From NCBI GenBank assembly GCA_003343845.1, contig QAKK01000038.1:6263-70262 (forward strand): a DNA stretch of 64,000 nt, written 5' to 3'. Positions within the stretch are counted from its first letter, which is position 1. Each line of letters starts with the position of its first letter. A model generated the notes under the pieces. That model did no database searches and had not been told where the DNA came from. It worked only from the letters and a program-made list of their open reading frames with translations. Below, one piece after another: positions 63,952-64,000 of this stretch. The stretch is from Oscillospiraceae bacterium. GTDB taxonomy: Bacteria > Bacillota > Clostridia > Oscillospirales > CAG-272. The position numbers and the translations under genes are program-made.

Positions 63952-64000
63952 ATGAAATCTGTACTGACAAGCATTCGCCCGAAGTGGTGCGGGCTGATTG
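63952..64000 (+). CDS. phage protein, N-terminal fragment (ASCH-like start)
   Basis: AAGGAGA RBS. MKSVLTSIRPKWCGLI... resembles ASCH-domain N-termini. Only 16 codons are visible. Confidence 0.3.
   Translation, partial: MKSVLTSIRPKWCGLI

Larger units (their letters stand above)
53683..64000. mobile_element. temperate siphovirus-like prophage, integrase-proximal end (continues beyond the window)
   Basis: att fragment, tyrosine integrase, ImmA/XRE switch, then a co-directional early/replication-recombination module (Gp157-like, Rad52-like, NinB-like, SSB, replication organiser). Confidence 0.85.

Overview
This looks like a high-GC (roughly 60% by eye) Firmicutes/Clostridia chromosome segment. 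The evidence is Gram-positive PolC, YlmC/YmxH, a SufCBDSU operon and CCA-encoding tRNAs. I cannot place it more precisely without a database search.

Most of the window is housekeeping:
- rpmB, mtaB, upp, an RluA-type pseudouridine synthase and ppiB
- rpsB-tsf
- the pyrH-frr-uppS-cdsA-dxr-rseP-ispG block with polC
- a PcrA/UvrD helicase, a DinG-type helicase and a GH2 glycosidase
- an Rrf2-SUF operon, a sigma/anti-sigma pair and two tRNA-Leu genes

Four regions stand out:
1. 5.9-9.8 kb: a lower-GC, co-directional array of seven small genes with no family I can name, resembling an orphan immunity-gene island.
2. 10.2-12.0 kb: a very AT-rich lone ABC exporter, next to tRNA-Leu.
3. 12.9-18.3 kb: an asnB-like / ATP-grasp / aspartate racemase / murE cluster. 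It fits a D-Asp (D-iso-Asn) peptidoglycan cross-bridge pathway.
4. 53.7 kb to the window end: one end of a temperate prophage at a tRNA-Trp-derived att site. A second degenerate att copy and a holin remnant lie beside it.

The prophage carries the best candidate for something undescribed. It is a 405-aa five-TM protein with an Ada-type zinc motif, sitting between the integrase and the ImmA/XRE switch and apparently co-transcribed with int. The prophage also has a convergent, overlapping immA/xre pair, an octapeptide-repeat early protein, and iteron-like repeats inside a replication gene.

I saw no rRNA, CRISPR array or reverse transcriptase. All family calls come from reading the translations; no searches or alignments were run.
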